Source: the human T2T-CHM13v2.0 reference genome, Homo sapiens
DNA: 64,000 nucleotides
Strand: one strand, 5' to 3'
Assembly: GCF_009914755.1 (NCBI RefSeq)
Contig: NC_060932.1
The position numbers were made by a program, and so were the translations under genes. Position 1 is the first letter of the stretch, and each line of letters opens with the position of its first letter. Positions 31,197 through 46,117 of this stretch are shown piece after piece. The notes under the pieces were generated by a model that saw only the letters and a program-made list of their open reading frames with translations, searched no databases and was not told the origin of the DNA.

Positions 31197-32704
31197 TACC
31201 ATGATTTTTAAAATGATAAATTTTATCTAGAAAATGGCTACTTTTTAGTATTCCTGTGGTAGGCCAGCCTCCCTCAATGTTCTCCATTTCCTCTGGGGTT
31301 ACAGCCCCGATGGCACGGTGTTCACATGTCTGAGGCCGACAACAAAGCCTTGCCTAGCACCAGCACAATGGTCTCTGGACGTACACATTTACATGGGTTG
31401 TGGGGGAAGGGAGAGAACAGAGAAGGCTGGGTGAAATCATACCAAATTATAAAATCGTAAATAACTTCAAGTGCCATTTTCAGTTGTTATTCCAACATCT
31501 GTTTATTAAAAAATATAACATACTTCAAAAAATTTATTTTTATAAAAAACACATTTCTTGACTACTCTATACTGAAAAATAAACAAAGCTGAATATCAAA
31601 TATATGCCCCAAATATAAGGCAAAGATCTCCCCCCAAACCCCAGATGGTACATCTTATAATTAAATCTTTACAAAGCTCTGCATTATAGAGCTCTGTATT
31701 AATTATCTTGACAAATAAATGTTTGCGTAAGACACATACACCCGAAAACTTCAATCAATGTCATTTTTAAAGGTTTATAAGGTCTAATGAAGGAACCAGT
31801 GAGACAGAAGATGACGTCATGATGTGGAAAAAATGTCATCAGATTAAAAAAAAGTGGTTCTAGTGATGATGAATGACAGATACTAACATCAAAGTTGCAT
31901 ATGAAAAGTGTAATGAAACTTTCATGAAGTAGGAAGGGGGAAAATACTATTTCTAATACTTTATATGATATGCAATTATAGGTATGTATAATTATATGTA
32001 TGTATAATTAAACTAAAATTGAATATTAGAAATAAAACATTTGGCTATTTCATGACTTCCCTAAAAGCTCATATATTCAAGCTGTCTACGAAATATTTTG
32101 AATCTTCTCATGGGCAAAATGGAGAACTGTTTATATACACAGTATATGTAATTTAAGTTTTCTCTTTGAAAGAAACTAAGTTATTTGTGACTAACACACC
32201 TCTTGAACTGCTACTAACAGCGTTCCTTTCTTTCCTATTTGTCTGTATGATTGGTTCAAAACAATCACTGTACTAGTTTCTTCCAGTAAAGAGTTCCAAA
32301 AATAATTTTCATAGAGTAAATTTTAAGAAACTGTTTAACACATATGCAGCTGCTACTTTCAAATTATGTTAATTACTTGAAACAGTTACTTTCAACTGTC
32401 ATATGCAGGTGTTAAAAATAGTTTCAGTTAAGTTCTGAGTTATGCAAATTATTCCATAAAAATTAGACTGCATTTCTGGAGAAGTGCCATCTGGCAGGAA
32501 CTGATAAGAAAAGAGCTTCAGGAACTAAAATGAACAATTACTTTGAAATGTCCCTTCTTACTTACCATAGTCAATGAAGAAGATATAGACATGGATTAAT
32601 AATGAAATCCAGAGGTATTTGTTCATGAGTATACAAATACCTTAAGAAGGCTTTAAATATCTGAGCCATGCTACTAAGACATCAAGAAACTATGATACTC
32701 TCAG

Positions 32705-32893
32705 TAGCGCTGTCCAATAGAACTTTCTGCAATCATGGAAATGTTCCATATCTCCTCTGTTCAAAATGGTACATACTAGCCACAGTAGCTAATAAGCACT
32801 TGAAATGTGGCTACTGGGGCTAAAAAAGTCAATTTCGTTTTTGTTTTTTAAGTTCATGTAGATGTGACTAGTAGTTAGCATTTTGGACAGTAC
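32705..32893. mobile_element. MER3-like hAT-Charlie element
   Basis: GCGCTGTCCAATAGAACTTTCTGC start, GCACTTGAAATGTGGCTA core, TTGGACAG end. Confidence 0.8.
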
Positions 32894-34250
32894 AGCTCCA
32901 CAATATCTATGATTCACATTAGGAGCTTACTAAACATGGAAGGGCTACTGGAATCTGGGCCTAACAATTTTATCTGAAGACAGTTCTAAATCAAGGGTTT
33001 AAAAATAAAAGGTCTTCATCCTATTCCTTATCAATATAGCTGGAGAAACAATCTACTTTATAAAAGAAATCAGCATAAAAAGAACTTAAGTACCATAGCA
33101 TATGGCCTTTAATTTGGTGCTGTTTTCTAATCCTAGCAGACAACATGAGTAACGACAGATACACAGAACACAGACACGAAACAGTAGGAAATCAAGTGCC
33201 TAGTCCATGAATTAACTATTTGTAGCACACATAAAAATAGTGTTTTATGGCTTTTGAGTAGGCAAAGATAAACTAGTCACCAGACTGGCTGTCACACTTT
33301 CACTCCAGGTTTCTCAAAGGGGATTAAAAAAAAAAAAAAGAAATTTTAAATGCGGAAAAATGTAAACATATACACAACAGACAGAAAAGATTCTGACATA
33401 CCCGTAACTCAATCATTATTAATAAACGATCAAACTTGTTTCATCTATATCCCTCTTCACTTTCCTTCACCTGGTATTATTTTGAAGTAAAATCCCACAT
33501 AGGATTTCATATATGAGAATTAAAAAAAAAAAAAAACTCCCAGAAAAAAGGGAAATGAAAGTACTTGATTAATTTATCCGAGGGAAGAGGTGTTCCAGGA
33601 AAAAGAAGTGATGTGCTGGGATTACAAAACTAGAGACTATCAGTGTGCATGAAGCATAAGGAGTAAGCAGAGAAAGAGGTCCCCGAGAAAAGATGGTGGC
33701 GATGGGAGAAACTCTCAGGGCACAGTTGAGCAGCATTACTCTAGTTTAAAGTAATAGGGAGCCAATACAGGTTTCAGAAGGGAGAGGGTAAAGAAAACGA
33801 CTTTTGTGATAGCATGGAACCCGACTTCAGAAGCACTGAGGGTAAAACTAGGAAGGAGGATTTTGCAGTGCTCCAGCAGTTTACTTATTTGTTCAAATAA
33901 AACAAACAAATATCCTTTCCACATGCTAAAAAGGGAATGCTCTACCCATTTCAAGAGAGGCTTTGCTGGTGAATATTTAAATATATTTTACTTTTTTTTC
34001 CAATACTGAATTTTGCTTTAGGACTTACACACAGAACTGTTAGTTGTAATGTGACTAATCCTTTTTGGCTCACTTGTGAAATAATTTGCTAAGAATATCA
34101 GTAAGATAAAACAAATATTACATTTAAAAATTAGTTTAAATTTTAATTTACATTACCACTAACATAATTTTAAGACAAGCCATTAACATATCAAATGTAA
34201 AAAATCTAAGCTAAAATACTGACTGAAGGTTTTTTTTTTTTTTTTTTTCA

Positions 34251-34562
<312 letters not shown>

Positions 34563-36188
34563 TTAAAAAAAAGTAAACAAATACTGGAAATCAGGATATA
34601 CTAAGTAACTACCTTTGTGTCATCATTCCATACAATATCTGTGCACCTTTAAACAACTCTTCAACAACCTCTTTCCCCATCTCCCTGTGACAGTCCCACC
34701 ATTGGACAAGACCCCTGGATTAAACAGCAGGCAAAGATACTATCTGCAGAAAGCTATTGACATGTAAGCCAGTTGGGAGGAGTCAGAGCCCCTATTAGTT
34801 CATTAATACTGACTAGTATGTCATGTTAGCTACTGAAAACATAACCCACATGTCTATACAGTTTCATCAAGACAAGAAGGGGAAAAAGACTGACACAAAA
34901 GCAAAGGCTCATAGATTAATAATCACCTGAAACTGGAATAATCCCAATTTCAAATATCCTCTGTTTTTTTTTTTTTTTCTTAGGCAAATATGGTAACTGT
35001 ACCTGGTTGGAACATGGAGAAAGCCCCAAATAAATGGAGGCAGAGCTAGGATTAAAGACAGTCAGAATAAGGCACACAAGGGCTCTCCAGGAGCTATATC
35101 ATAATCAGTCTAGAACCAATACTCTCCTCTTGACATTATATCCCTCTAGCCCTTCTGCTTCCTCTTTATTCTCCCTGCTCCTTCTCCTCCAGAAGTCTAA
35201 AATAGAAAACACAAAGCCAACCTAATTTCTTGGTGGTCGGGGTGGAGAGAATACAGTCCCACATAAATATAATATTTACAAAGTTCGTTGAACTAATAAA
35301 ACTTTAGAAATCAGAGTATGATTCAGTAGAGTGGGTATTACTGCTAGACTTAAAATACCCACAGTCAGGTTATTCCCTTCTTTCCTTCGTATCTTCTCCC
35401 TTCTCCAATTCTCACATCACAATGTATTTACTAAATACTGTGTAGGTGACAAGCACTTGCAATGTACCTGGCACAATGAAGGATATAAAATAGTTTTTAC
35501 CGCTACCAAGGCACATATAGTCTTAGTGGGTATGGGCACAATACAAGACTTACAAAAATGAGACAATTATAGAACAATCAAAACAATATATAGACACTAC
35601 ATCAAATTTCTACCAAAATGACAAATTTGGGGATACAAAAGACCAATACAGGCTAAAATAGCAAGGAAAATTAATATAGAATAGTTGTACTAGAGCTGGG
35701 CTCGAATAATGAATTATTCAGACGTCTTGGTAACCACTGAGCACTTTAACCCAGCAGCACTGTACAGACTAGAGAAATAAAAAAGAAACAATTCCTAACC
35801 TCAAGAAGCTTATAATAGGAGAAAGAAAGGAAGATGTGAAAAGAGACAGGGGGTGGGGACAAAGAAAAGGAGCAAAAATATAGAGAAGATGGAGTCATAA
35901 AAAGGAGAAAGTATGAGTGAAAAGAAGGGAAAAGAAGCGAGTACCAAATTAAGTTATGTTAAAATCAGTTGTCTCAAGCTTACAAAGATGTTGAAAAGAT
36001 TAGAATAGAAACATTAAAAAAAGGTACACAGCTTTTTTTTTCTTACGGCAGTGGGACTGTCAAAGACATATTTTCATCTATTTTATGCATTTGCCTAAGG
36101 TCCTAAAGAGAATAACAAGAATGAATTCTGATTAATAGTGACATGACCATGGTCCTTAACAAAGAAAGGGCTGCTAAAAATGACTTAC

Positions 36189-36247
36189 GTCATCAGGTTA
36201 TGGGGATAAGCCCTCCATAAGATAGTTGGGTCTGAGATGTAGTTTTC
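36189..36247 (-). CDS. TRAM1: TRAM1 coding exon 5
   Basis: CTTAG|GAAAAC...TGAC|GTAAGT; 59 nt; ENYISDPTILWRAYPHNLM. Confidence 0.97.
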
Positions 36248-37315
36248 CTAAGAAAGAAGATATAAAAATTAACCTGTGAGCATAATGCAAACTTCTTGGA
36301 AAATAAGGCATTACTTTCATTTCTCAAACATTTACAGGTCCCATACCAGGTTGCAAAGAACCCACTAATGTCAAAATCCTTAGTTGTTTTAGTTATTTTC
36401 AAGCCAATTTGAGTTGGTTACTTGAGCAAAATGAAAATCAATGATAGAAATGAGATATGGAATCAGGTAAGACATAATTCCTGGCCCTAAAAAATCTTTC
36501 AATCCCATAGAATAAAAATACACGTACACAAACAAACATAAAACCACCAATAAGAGGCACAACAGTGACCAGGAGAGAAGAATTTTGTCTTAGGTAATCA
36601 GAAGATTTCAGGAAAAGTTTGTAGCGTCTGACAGGAGACAAAGGATCAGGGTGCTACCGAGTTTTATGGAATTACGTCAATAAAATACTGCCCCAATTTT
36701 TTTCTTAGATAATCAGATCTACTCAGTGAGAATTACTGCATATGTAAAAAAAAAAAAAAAAAGATTAAAAAATAAATAAAATCTAAAGTGATTTTTGTAA
36801 GAGTATTTTCCCACAGAAGTATAACTTTTATGTTTTTTTAAAAAAATGTATAATAGTTTTTAAACTAAAATTTACATATTACCTATAAAGTATTATTAAA
36901 GCAGCACAGTAAAATGGAATGAGCAATGGAATAAAAAGCTGAGTTTTAGTCTACTTCCAACATGAAGTGCTTTACCCTGGAAAACTCACTGTTATTCATC
37001 TCTAATACAGTGATTAGAAAGAATTATGTGTCTGACAAACTCAAAAGTATGTAAACTATGGAACACCATATAAATTTAAGGGATTGTTATCACTAATATT
37101 AAAGCAAATACTGCCTTTCTTTTTCTCATTAGTTAGAGTGATACAACTAAAGGTTTTGATTGCCATAACTGAAAAGTTATACAACATTTAAGAAGCTTGG
37201 AAAACACTGGGGCTGTTTTTAGAGGAGGAAATGACTGTGAACATTACAACTCATGTAACCTACGCTTTTTGCTGATACAGAGGTATCTGTAAACCACTAT
37301 AAGATACAAAAGTAA

Positions 37316-37639
<324 letters not shown>

Positions 37640-37806
37640 TCAGAGTGACTAAAAATGAATAAGCCTTTCTGAAACAGTAAACATAGTTTAGAATTTTTGC
37701 TGTATAAAAAAATACCTAAAACAGATTTATCACTGAAACTCTTAACTTAATACTATTTCATTAGCAGAGTTTCTAATCTTAGATGAGGAAGGAGAACAAC
37801 AACCTA

Positions 37807-37938
<132 letters not shown>

Positions 37939-38045
37939 CTAAAAATAAAAACAGCCATTAGTAATTAAGAATAAATTATAAATTATATTTAATATATGAC
38001 TAGCAGATTATGGAGAGCTAGTACTTTATAAAGTATAGATTTCTA

Positions 38046-38240
<195 letters not shown>

Positions 38241-38911
38241 TTAAGTACAACATAGTTATGGAAACAAAGAAGAATAACCTAATAAAAAAGTTCTATATTA
38301 ACATCATAAATAACGTGGTCTTGGACATCTTGAGTCTTAGAGGGGCAATGAAAATCAAAACTATCTAGAAATCTAAAGCTTTAGAAATTACTTACAAAGA
38401 CTTGACACATGTTAGTCACAGCCACCAAAGACCAAAAAACAGGGAAGAGGAGGCCACACTCAATAAACTGATATTATCCCAGGGGTATAAATTAGGTTGA
38501 TAAAGTTATACTTAGCCTACTGACCTATTTTTTTCAAAGGGCTTTTGAAACTTTCTACTTCTACTTTCTAACTACACACTAAATTATGATTCTGATGAAA
38601 AAGCTGATTTGACCTGTATTTGATTTAGTTTTGATCTATAAGCAGCAGAGATAAAGGCAACTACTAAAGTTGTTTTTAATCCTTGCAATTGCTATAATTT
38701 TTCAAAACAAATCTTTATCAAATACTTGTGAATTGCTGACACTTATTCTCAAACTTTATGTTTATGGGGAACATATACATAAAAGAGCTTTATTCTTCTC
38801 TGGCATATTCAAATTTCAAAACAGTATTGTAGTTTTGAGTAACCTGATAACTAAATCACTAAATTAAATATTTACAAAACTGTACATAACTGAACAAAAA
38901 CCCAACTCAGG

Positions 38912-39252
<341 letters not shown>

Positions 39253-39945
39253 CTATATTATCTTACATTCTAAATAAAAAACTGTGCAGGTTTACTGCCT
39301 CAACCAAAAAATACCCCATCCCTCACCCATGCTAGTTAATTATATCACTGTATTAAATTACAATCAACTTCCAAGAAACACCTAATTTTTACATAGATTA
39401 AGAAATAAGATTTTTGAAATAAAACCTAATAGTTTGGATGCTATTACCAGATAATTCCTAGAGCTTACTAACACATTTTCTGGAATCAAAATAATTGTTA
39501 AAAGTAGAGCACAGGAAAAAGTGAAAATAATCTTAGAAGGATTGATTGCTATTACAGGTCCAAAATGTAACTTACAGAAAAACTAAATCTGCCATTGTGC
39601 TTTTAGAAGTCTTGAATGAACAATGACATTTAAACAATTTTAAAAAGATCTTTTCTTATAATTTTCTTAGGAAAAAATCAGAAAGCAGAGAAAGCAAAAC
39701 AAAATTATTTTATGGAATTTCAAGTCCATTCACAAAAATATATAGTAAACAGAAAACATATACAGGGTAAAGTCAATCAAAAACATCAGATCTTGTATTA
39801 TAAAATCATCACAATAACATTCAGTCACATCATGGATGAGATCTCTGACGATTAATTAACGCAGGACCTAGCATTCATGAAAATTTCCAAGTTTGTTCAA
39901 CTGAACTTCTATTTACGTAGAAAATTCTTAGCGTAAATTACCTAC

Positions 39946-40009
39946 CTGTTGCTGGGAGGGTGACATTGTACTGAAGAGTAACAAAAATGATAGAAGCTTT
40001 TGCCGTTAT
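39946..40009 (-). CDS. TRAM1: TRAM1 coding exon 2
   Basis: TTTGTAG|ATAACG...ACAG|GTAGG; 64 nt; ITAKASIIFVTLQYNVTLPAT, including the N-glycosylation sequon NVT. Confidence 0.97.
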
Positions 40010-40499
40010 CTACAAAGAAGGAAAAACAAAGATCAAGTCATTTTGTGACCCTCTCCCAAATAACAGATCGGGGCAAAAACATTATAAAATCTGTCCCTAA
40101 ATCGAAGCACCAAGGGCCTCCTCGTTCCTGTGGAATCCTGACAGACACAATGGAAATTACTGATTGCCAAGGAGCTAATGTAATTCACTAGAGTACTCTT
40201 CTGCGGTTTAGGTAAAATTGTGTAATTCATCCTTAATTTTAAGATTTCAAAAGACATTTTCTGCAGTTCCAGAAAACAGTTATTTGACAAATGATGATTC
40301 TCTACTCTAGCCCTATACAATGAATAAAAAGTTCCTATTAAGACAAATTTCAAGTGTAAATTAATAAAATAAAGAGAAGCACAGTTAGCATGAGAAAAGC
40401 AGATCAAATATAGGGTCTGTGGTGTGGGTGTGTTAGTATCCCACACACCCAGCAGAGTTAAGTGGTCAATAACTGTTTAACTGACCTGACTACTGGTAA

Positions 40500-43080
40500 A
40501 AGTAAACTGGTCAGAGCAGAAAAATGGAATGCTTACCCAATCTTTACAGGCACCAGGCAAAGTGCTAGACAAAAAAGGACGAGATGAAGATGGATAAAAT
40601 AATCCCTAATGACAAGGAGCTCCGTGGTGTGAAAAGTACAGGTAAATAAACTGTTATAATACTGTAGAATAAGTGCCAATAGCTTGCACTGTGGGTACTT
40701 GGGATAAACAATGAGCTTTGTTGGTTTTTTTTCTGGGGTGGAATGAAATGAAGGAGCTGTGTTTTGCTGGAAAATAGGTGTTCCCTAGGTTCACAAAGGG
40801 GGATGAAGAGGACAGTACAGACAGAAGAAACAGAGCGTGGCAAGATCAAGTAGCAGTGAACACAAGGCCAGGCACAGGATGCACATCAGGAAGCGTTAGA
40901 AAAGACTAGAAACATTATTGAGTGCTAGAAAGGACTCTGTTTTTTGAGCTAAGTAGTTTAGATTTCACTTTCGCACAAGTGGAGAATGTTGAGGACGGGA
41001 AAGTTCATTTATGCCTTTTAGAAGGATTGCTCTCTGTGACCTGCTAAGTGGTATCCCAGGCCCCTTCAGATCCATTCTCCATATTGCAACTAGAATGATT
41101 TTCTCATCATGTTACCACATCCCCCTCCCTACCTGCTAAAAATCCTTCACTAGATTCCCATCTTTCTAGGAGAATGTGACCATAGGACTCTATGGTCTGA
41201 CTCCTCTCTCTGCCTCTGCAGCACCTTCTACCACAGGGTCTCTGCACATGCTGTTCTATCTAAAATACGGTCGGAAAATATTTCCCATCAGATCTCAGTT
41301 GCATTACACCTTTTCAAGGAAGTCTCCCTGTCTTCCTAGAGTAGGTCATTTCCTTTGTTAGATTATCTCAGAGAACTGTGTTCCTTTCCTTCAAAGGCAT
41401 ACTCTGGTTGATTATATTAATAATTTCTGTCTCGCCCATTAGAAAGTAAGCTCCATTAGAACTGGGATCATGCCTGTTTCCACTCATCACTATATTTCAG
41501 AGCCCAGCATGGGGCCTGGTACATATTAGGTAATTAATCAATATCGCTGAATAAATATCAGTTAAAAGTACAAACCGGAGTGAGCATGCAGCCAAGAATG
41601 AAACTTCTGCAAGAGACCACATGAAAGATAATGAGACCTGAACTAAGACAGTGACTGTGGGATACAGGAGGCACTCATAAGGCAAAATAAGGTTTGGTAA
41701 GCTAGAAGAAAGAGTACAAGGTTATTTATTGATGCCTACAGCTGAGATTTCTGGGAGATGTGCAGTAAGGCAGCTAAAACCTAAGTCTAGAACTCAGTAG
41801 GGAGAACCTAGCTTAAATAAAGATTTGGGAGTCTCTTTCTACAGATAATAGCTGAAGCTGTGAAAATACATAAATCATATATGGAGAGTGCACAGTATTT
41901 GTAGAGAAGTAGGACAACATCAGACCCATGGAGAGAACAGGGAAAAAAGCAAAACTTCAAGTCACTGAAACTAAGAAAAAATGGTTAGAGAGACGGAGAA
42001 AGAAATAAAAAGAGCTTGTAGTCCCAAAAGCCAAAGGGGAAACATTTCTAAAAGGTGTGGTTAATAAAGTCAAAAGTTTCAAAAGAGATGTGGGAGGAAA
42101 GAGAACGATAGACTGGACAATTTAAGAAGTCATCAGTGGTCACAGCTTGAGTGATTCCAACTAAGTAGTGAGAGCAGGAGCTGCATTGCAGTGGACTGAA
42201 GAACACAGAGGCACAAGGTGGTATCCAGTAGATGCCAGGTCAAATTTTATGTTGTTTTTAGGATAGGAGAGATTGAGCTTGTGTGGGGGCAACAGTGAAG
42301 GCAACAGGGAAAAGGGAGAAGTTAAACACACAGGATAGAAAGAGAATAACGGATGGAGGCATATGACAGGGAACAAAATTGTAAGGACTGAGTATTGCAC
42401 TCTTGAACAACTTTTCCTCTTAGATGGGAAGAAGGCAGTAATGGATGGGACACATAACTTCAAAAGACAGGAAAATGAGGAAATCCGTGCTTGATAAACT
42501 TTTATTTTCCCTGTGTGAGAAAAAAGCAATGTCACATATTAAGCATAATGGGGACATGAATGATGACTATTTATATAGTTCCCATAGGGAAAGGAGATGG
42601 CCAGGGAAAGTAAAAAGATACCGGATGCGAATGTCTGAGGTTAGAAACCTTTGATTTGCAATATTATCTACTAGCATGAGTATGACTTTCTCTGGGAATT
42701 GAGAGGCACCGAAAAGGCCAATAGTGGAGTAAAGATTGCAGGAAGAAAGGCAAAACAATGAGGGGGCTAATATACTGGAGAAAGGGAAAGGGGGCCGTGG
42801 TACCACAAAAGCTTGGACTAGGTAGAGCACTGACTTATGAGTACTAGAATGAGGGAGGTGAACAAAACGTAGGTTGTAGCTGAACTCTGTTATCCTAGAA
42901 TTCAGGAAGTGGAAGAAGTCAGGCTTGCATGACAAACTGCAGGATACGGCCAGTAAAGTGAGTTGCCGAACTGGGTTAGATATGAAGGTCTCTTGAGTAG
43001 AAAAGGCTACTAAGGCTACTCTATTAAAATTTGGGTCATTAACAAGGACTCATTAGAGCAGAACGATGACATGAGTCTCC
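40500..43080. mobile_element. Degenerate L2 remnants (both orientations)
   Basis: Purine-rich tracts and L2 3'-end motifs (GTAAGCTCCA...CAGCATGGGGCCTGGTACATA...CAATA). Confidence 0.6.
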
Positions 43081-43150
43081 AGGGCAACACTACTTTCATG
43101 TGATTATTTTTAGTAAAGTTGAGTGGTCACTACATTTCATTTAGTTTTGC

Positions 43151-43228
43151 TATCTTTGTTTAGATTTTTTATATATATATATAGTCTAAACAATATATAT
43201 CTATATATACACACTATATATATGTTTT
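43151..43228. repeat. (TA)n/(CA)n compound microsatellite
   Basis: TA runs followed by about ten AC repeats. Confidence 0.85.
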
Positions 43229-43349
43229 ATACACACACACACACACACAATCTGTTTTACACACAAACACTCCACATCCCTGTTTCCAGTTTGTAATATG
43301 AAGTCACCACTGTCACACCTAAGAACACTTTGTTAAAGAGTCCTTTACA

Positions 43350-43634
43350 GGCCAGGTGTGATGGCTCACACCTGTAATCCCAGCACTTTGGGAGGCCAAG
43401 GTGGCTGGCTCACCTGAGGTCAGGAGTTCAAGACCAGCCTGGCCAACATGGTGAAACCTCATCTCTATTAAAAATACAAAAATTAGCTGGGCATCGTGGC
43501 GGGAGCCTGTAATCCCAGCTACTCAGGATGCTGAGGCAGGAGAATCACTTGAACCCAGGAGGCGGAGGGTGCAGCGAGCTGAGATCACGCCATTGCACTC
43601 TAGCCTGGGTGACAGAGTGAGGCTCCATCTCAAA
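43350..43634 (+). mobile_element. AluS-type SINE with almost no A tail
   Basis: TSD AAAGAGTCCTTTACA at 43335-43349 and 43634-43648. Confidence 0.93.
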
Positions 43635-44322
43635 AAGAGTCCTTTACAAACAACAAATGAGATTCTTCAAAGATAAATTTAGCATCAAATTCTAAAAGCA
43701 GCAAAAATTAGATTATCCTTTTAGCCAGGCTTCCAAATAAAATTAAAATTTGACCTCCAGCTGGTTTAGCATGTGAGTTTAAATAGAAGAAGAAGAGGAA
43801 AAATGTAAACTACACACTCCAAAAAGTTTCAAGTTTAAGCTAGCAGTCTTGCTCCTAGCCATTTCCAGGCCTCCTAAGCCTCACACCCTGCTAGCATTGC
43901 TGCAGTTAAACTCACACCACAATTAATTAGTAGTAAGATAAGTTAGTTTAGAATATAAATAGGCTACAGAAATATATAATGCACTCGAAAGTAAAAATAC
44001 CTGAGTTTATGACAGTTTGAACATTTACAGAGCTGCTCTCCATTTACAAAAATGGAAAAATGAAAAAAGAGACTTATTCAGATGCATCTTAAATAGGTTA
44101 CCAGAAACTGTAATGAATTACCTAATTCTATGCTGTATGCAATGTCATAAATACAATAACATTTCTTTAATTAAATGTCACCGGTTGGGGCTTGGTATCT
44201 TTCTTGTTATATAGAGATGTTAACTACTTTGCACTTGTTTTAGAGGAAGATGTGACCAGTCACTACATGGACTGGATCCTTGAAAAGTAAAGACAATTCT
44301 GAATATCAAATTCCACTTCCAG

Positions 44323-44449
44323 TGGGGCTCAGTGGCACGTGCCTGTAGTCCCAGCCACTCAGGTGGCGAGAGGGGAGGATCACTTGAGCCCAGGAGGTCA
44401 AGTTCCAGCCAAGGCAACATAGCAAGACCCTGTCTCAAAAAAAAGAGAG
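44323..44449 (+). mobile_element. FLAM_A-like Alu monomer
   Basis: Single monomer ending CCCTGTCTCAAAAAAAAGAGAG. Confidence 0.85.
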
Positions 44450-44550
44450 ACCCTTTTGTAGTTCACAAGTGTGATGATTGGGGTTTCACGCTTATATGTG
44501 AGATGTGTCTCTCCCTCAAACTTTGTTCTGACCTGAGCACCTTACCTGTC
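44450..44550 (+). pseudogene. U13 (SNORD13) snoRNA retropseudogene with A-rich tail (44551-44585)
   Basis: CCTTTTGTAGTTCA...GTGATGATTGGG (box C)...TGTGAGATGTG...TTACCTGTC colinear with recalled U13 sequence; terminal box D CTGA absent. Confidence 0.88.
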
Positions 44551-44664
44551 ATAAAAAGAAAGAAAAAAAGGAAAGAAAAAAAAAACCCAAACCTTGAAAA
44601 CTGTTTCAAGATTGTTGAAATTGTAAACGTCCCCAAAATCTGTATGGCATAAAGAACTTGCAGA

Positions 44665-44715
44665 TTTTGAATATCTTTCCTTTTGAATATATTTCCTTTT
44701 GAATATCTTTCCTTT
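44665..44715. repeat. 16-bp tandem repeat x3 (TTTTGAATATMTTTCC)
   Basis: Units at 44665, 44681, 44697 with one mismatch. Confidence 0.92.
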
Positions 44716-45109
44716 ATACACTCCTTAAAAGAAATACTTCTCTTGTGAACCCCTAATTCTTCACCCCTCCTCCACATACTCACTTTCAGAAAGCTTCCCA
44801 AGCATCCCTAACATTTTTTGACCATTCAATTTTTCCTAACTCAAATATGAAGCCATTCATTGTATACTATGATTTGAATTATGTGGACAGATATTTACTG
44901 TAATAAAACTATGATTCCAAAATTTACAAGCAATTTTTGATTAATGTGAAGTTCCCTGGAAATTAAACTCTTACATTACTGCCAAACAGACTACTTTGTT
45001 AGCCTTTTCAGTATGTATAATCTCTTTAGATGCTAACTAAAGAGATTCCAGGCCCTTCTCTCACATAAAAATGCTTTCTATTTACCAATTTTGGTGAGTT
45101 TTTAAAGAA

Positions 45110-45320
45110 TAATAATAGCTACCACTTATTGCACACCTTTTGGAAGTCAAGTATTGAACTAGGCATAATACAAATTGGTTAATTTGTCAGAGTAACCCAA
45201 TAAGCCCCATTTTACAGATGAGGAAACTTCAGTTCTGAGCTGCCCTAGGTCACCCAGTTAGCAAGCTGCAGAGCCCTAACTTGAACATGAATCCCTTCAG
45301 CTCCAGAATCCATGCTTTTA
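45110..45320. mobile_element. MIR SINE
   Basis: Core CCCATTTTACAGATGAGGAAAC. Confidence 0.75.
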
Positions 45321-46117
45321 CAGTGTATCTCCATTGCTTCTTCATTTTGGCTAGTAATACAGTATTTCTTTCTTTCTGAATTTCTTTGTCAATGTCACCA
45401 TAAATCCTCTGACATTTCCTCAATGTATCTGCACAACAGGCTTAACAGTTCTGCAAAAAAAAATCAATTTCTCTATTATTCTAGCACAAGTACTGTAATT
45501 CTATAATTATGTTAACTTTGAGATTCAGCAGCAATTGTTTTAAAAGTCGAATAGCAAAACTAACCTAGTCTACAAAGTCCTATATATAGATAACATGCTT
45601 TGAAATCCTAACACCTTAATATATGGTAAGAAAAAGGAAGAACTCGCACAAACTTCACTTTTGTGTATCACTTTAACACTCACTTTTGAATTGACTTAAA
45701 AACCTCTATTTAGTATTTTTGTCTATTTAGATTTTCAAATTTTATAAATTTATATAAAGGTGAAAATCCACTGTTTAAAAAAATCACTAACATGTGAGGC
45801 AAGGTATAGGTGGTGGACTTCCCTAGAAATATAGTAAGAGAATGTAAAATAGTTTATATAAAATCAAAGTTATACTATGTGTCAGAATTTCTGATTTATA
45901 TTTCATTTCATTCAAAGCACTGCAAATATACCTTGCAGGTCACAGTACCCCTAAAATATGTTTTTAAAGTCAGGAATTCTTACCATGTGGAGATGGTTTA
46001 TGACAAGTTACAGAAAATTGAATATACTACATATATTAAAGTACTACTTTAAGATCAAAGCAGAAAGTACATGCAAGTATCAAATTCAGAAAGTGAATAC
46101 AAATGTTTAACATTGGG

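Noticed and set aside
44450-44550. Functional U13 snoRNA gene
   Set aside because: Diverged, lacks the terminal box D, carries an A-rich tail, and is antisense to the host intron.
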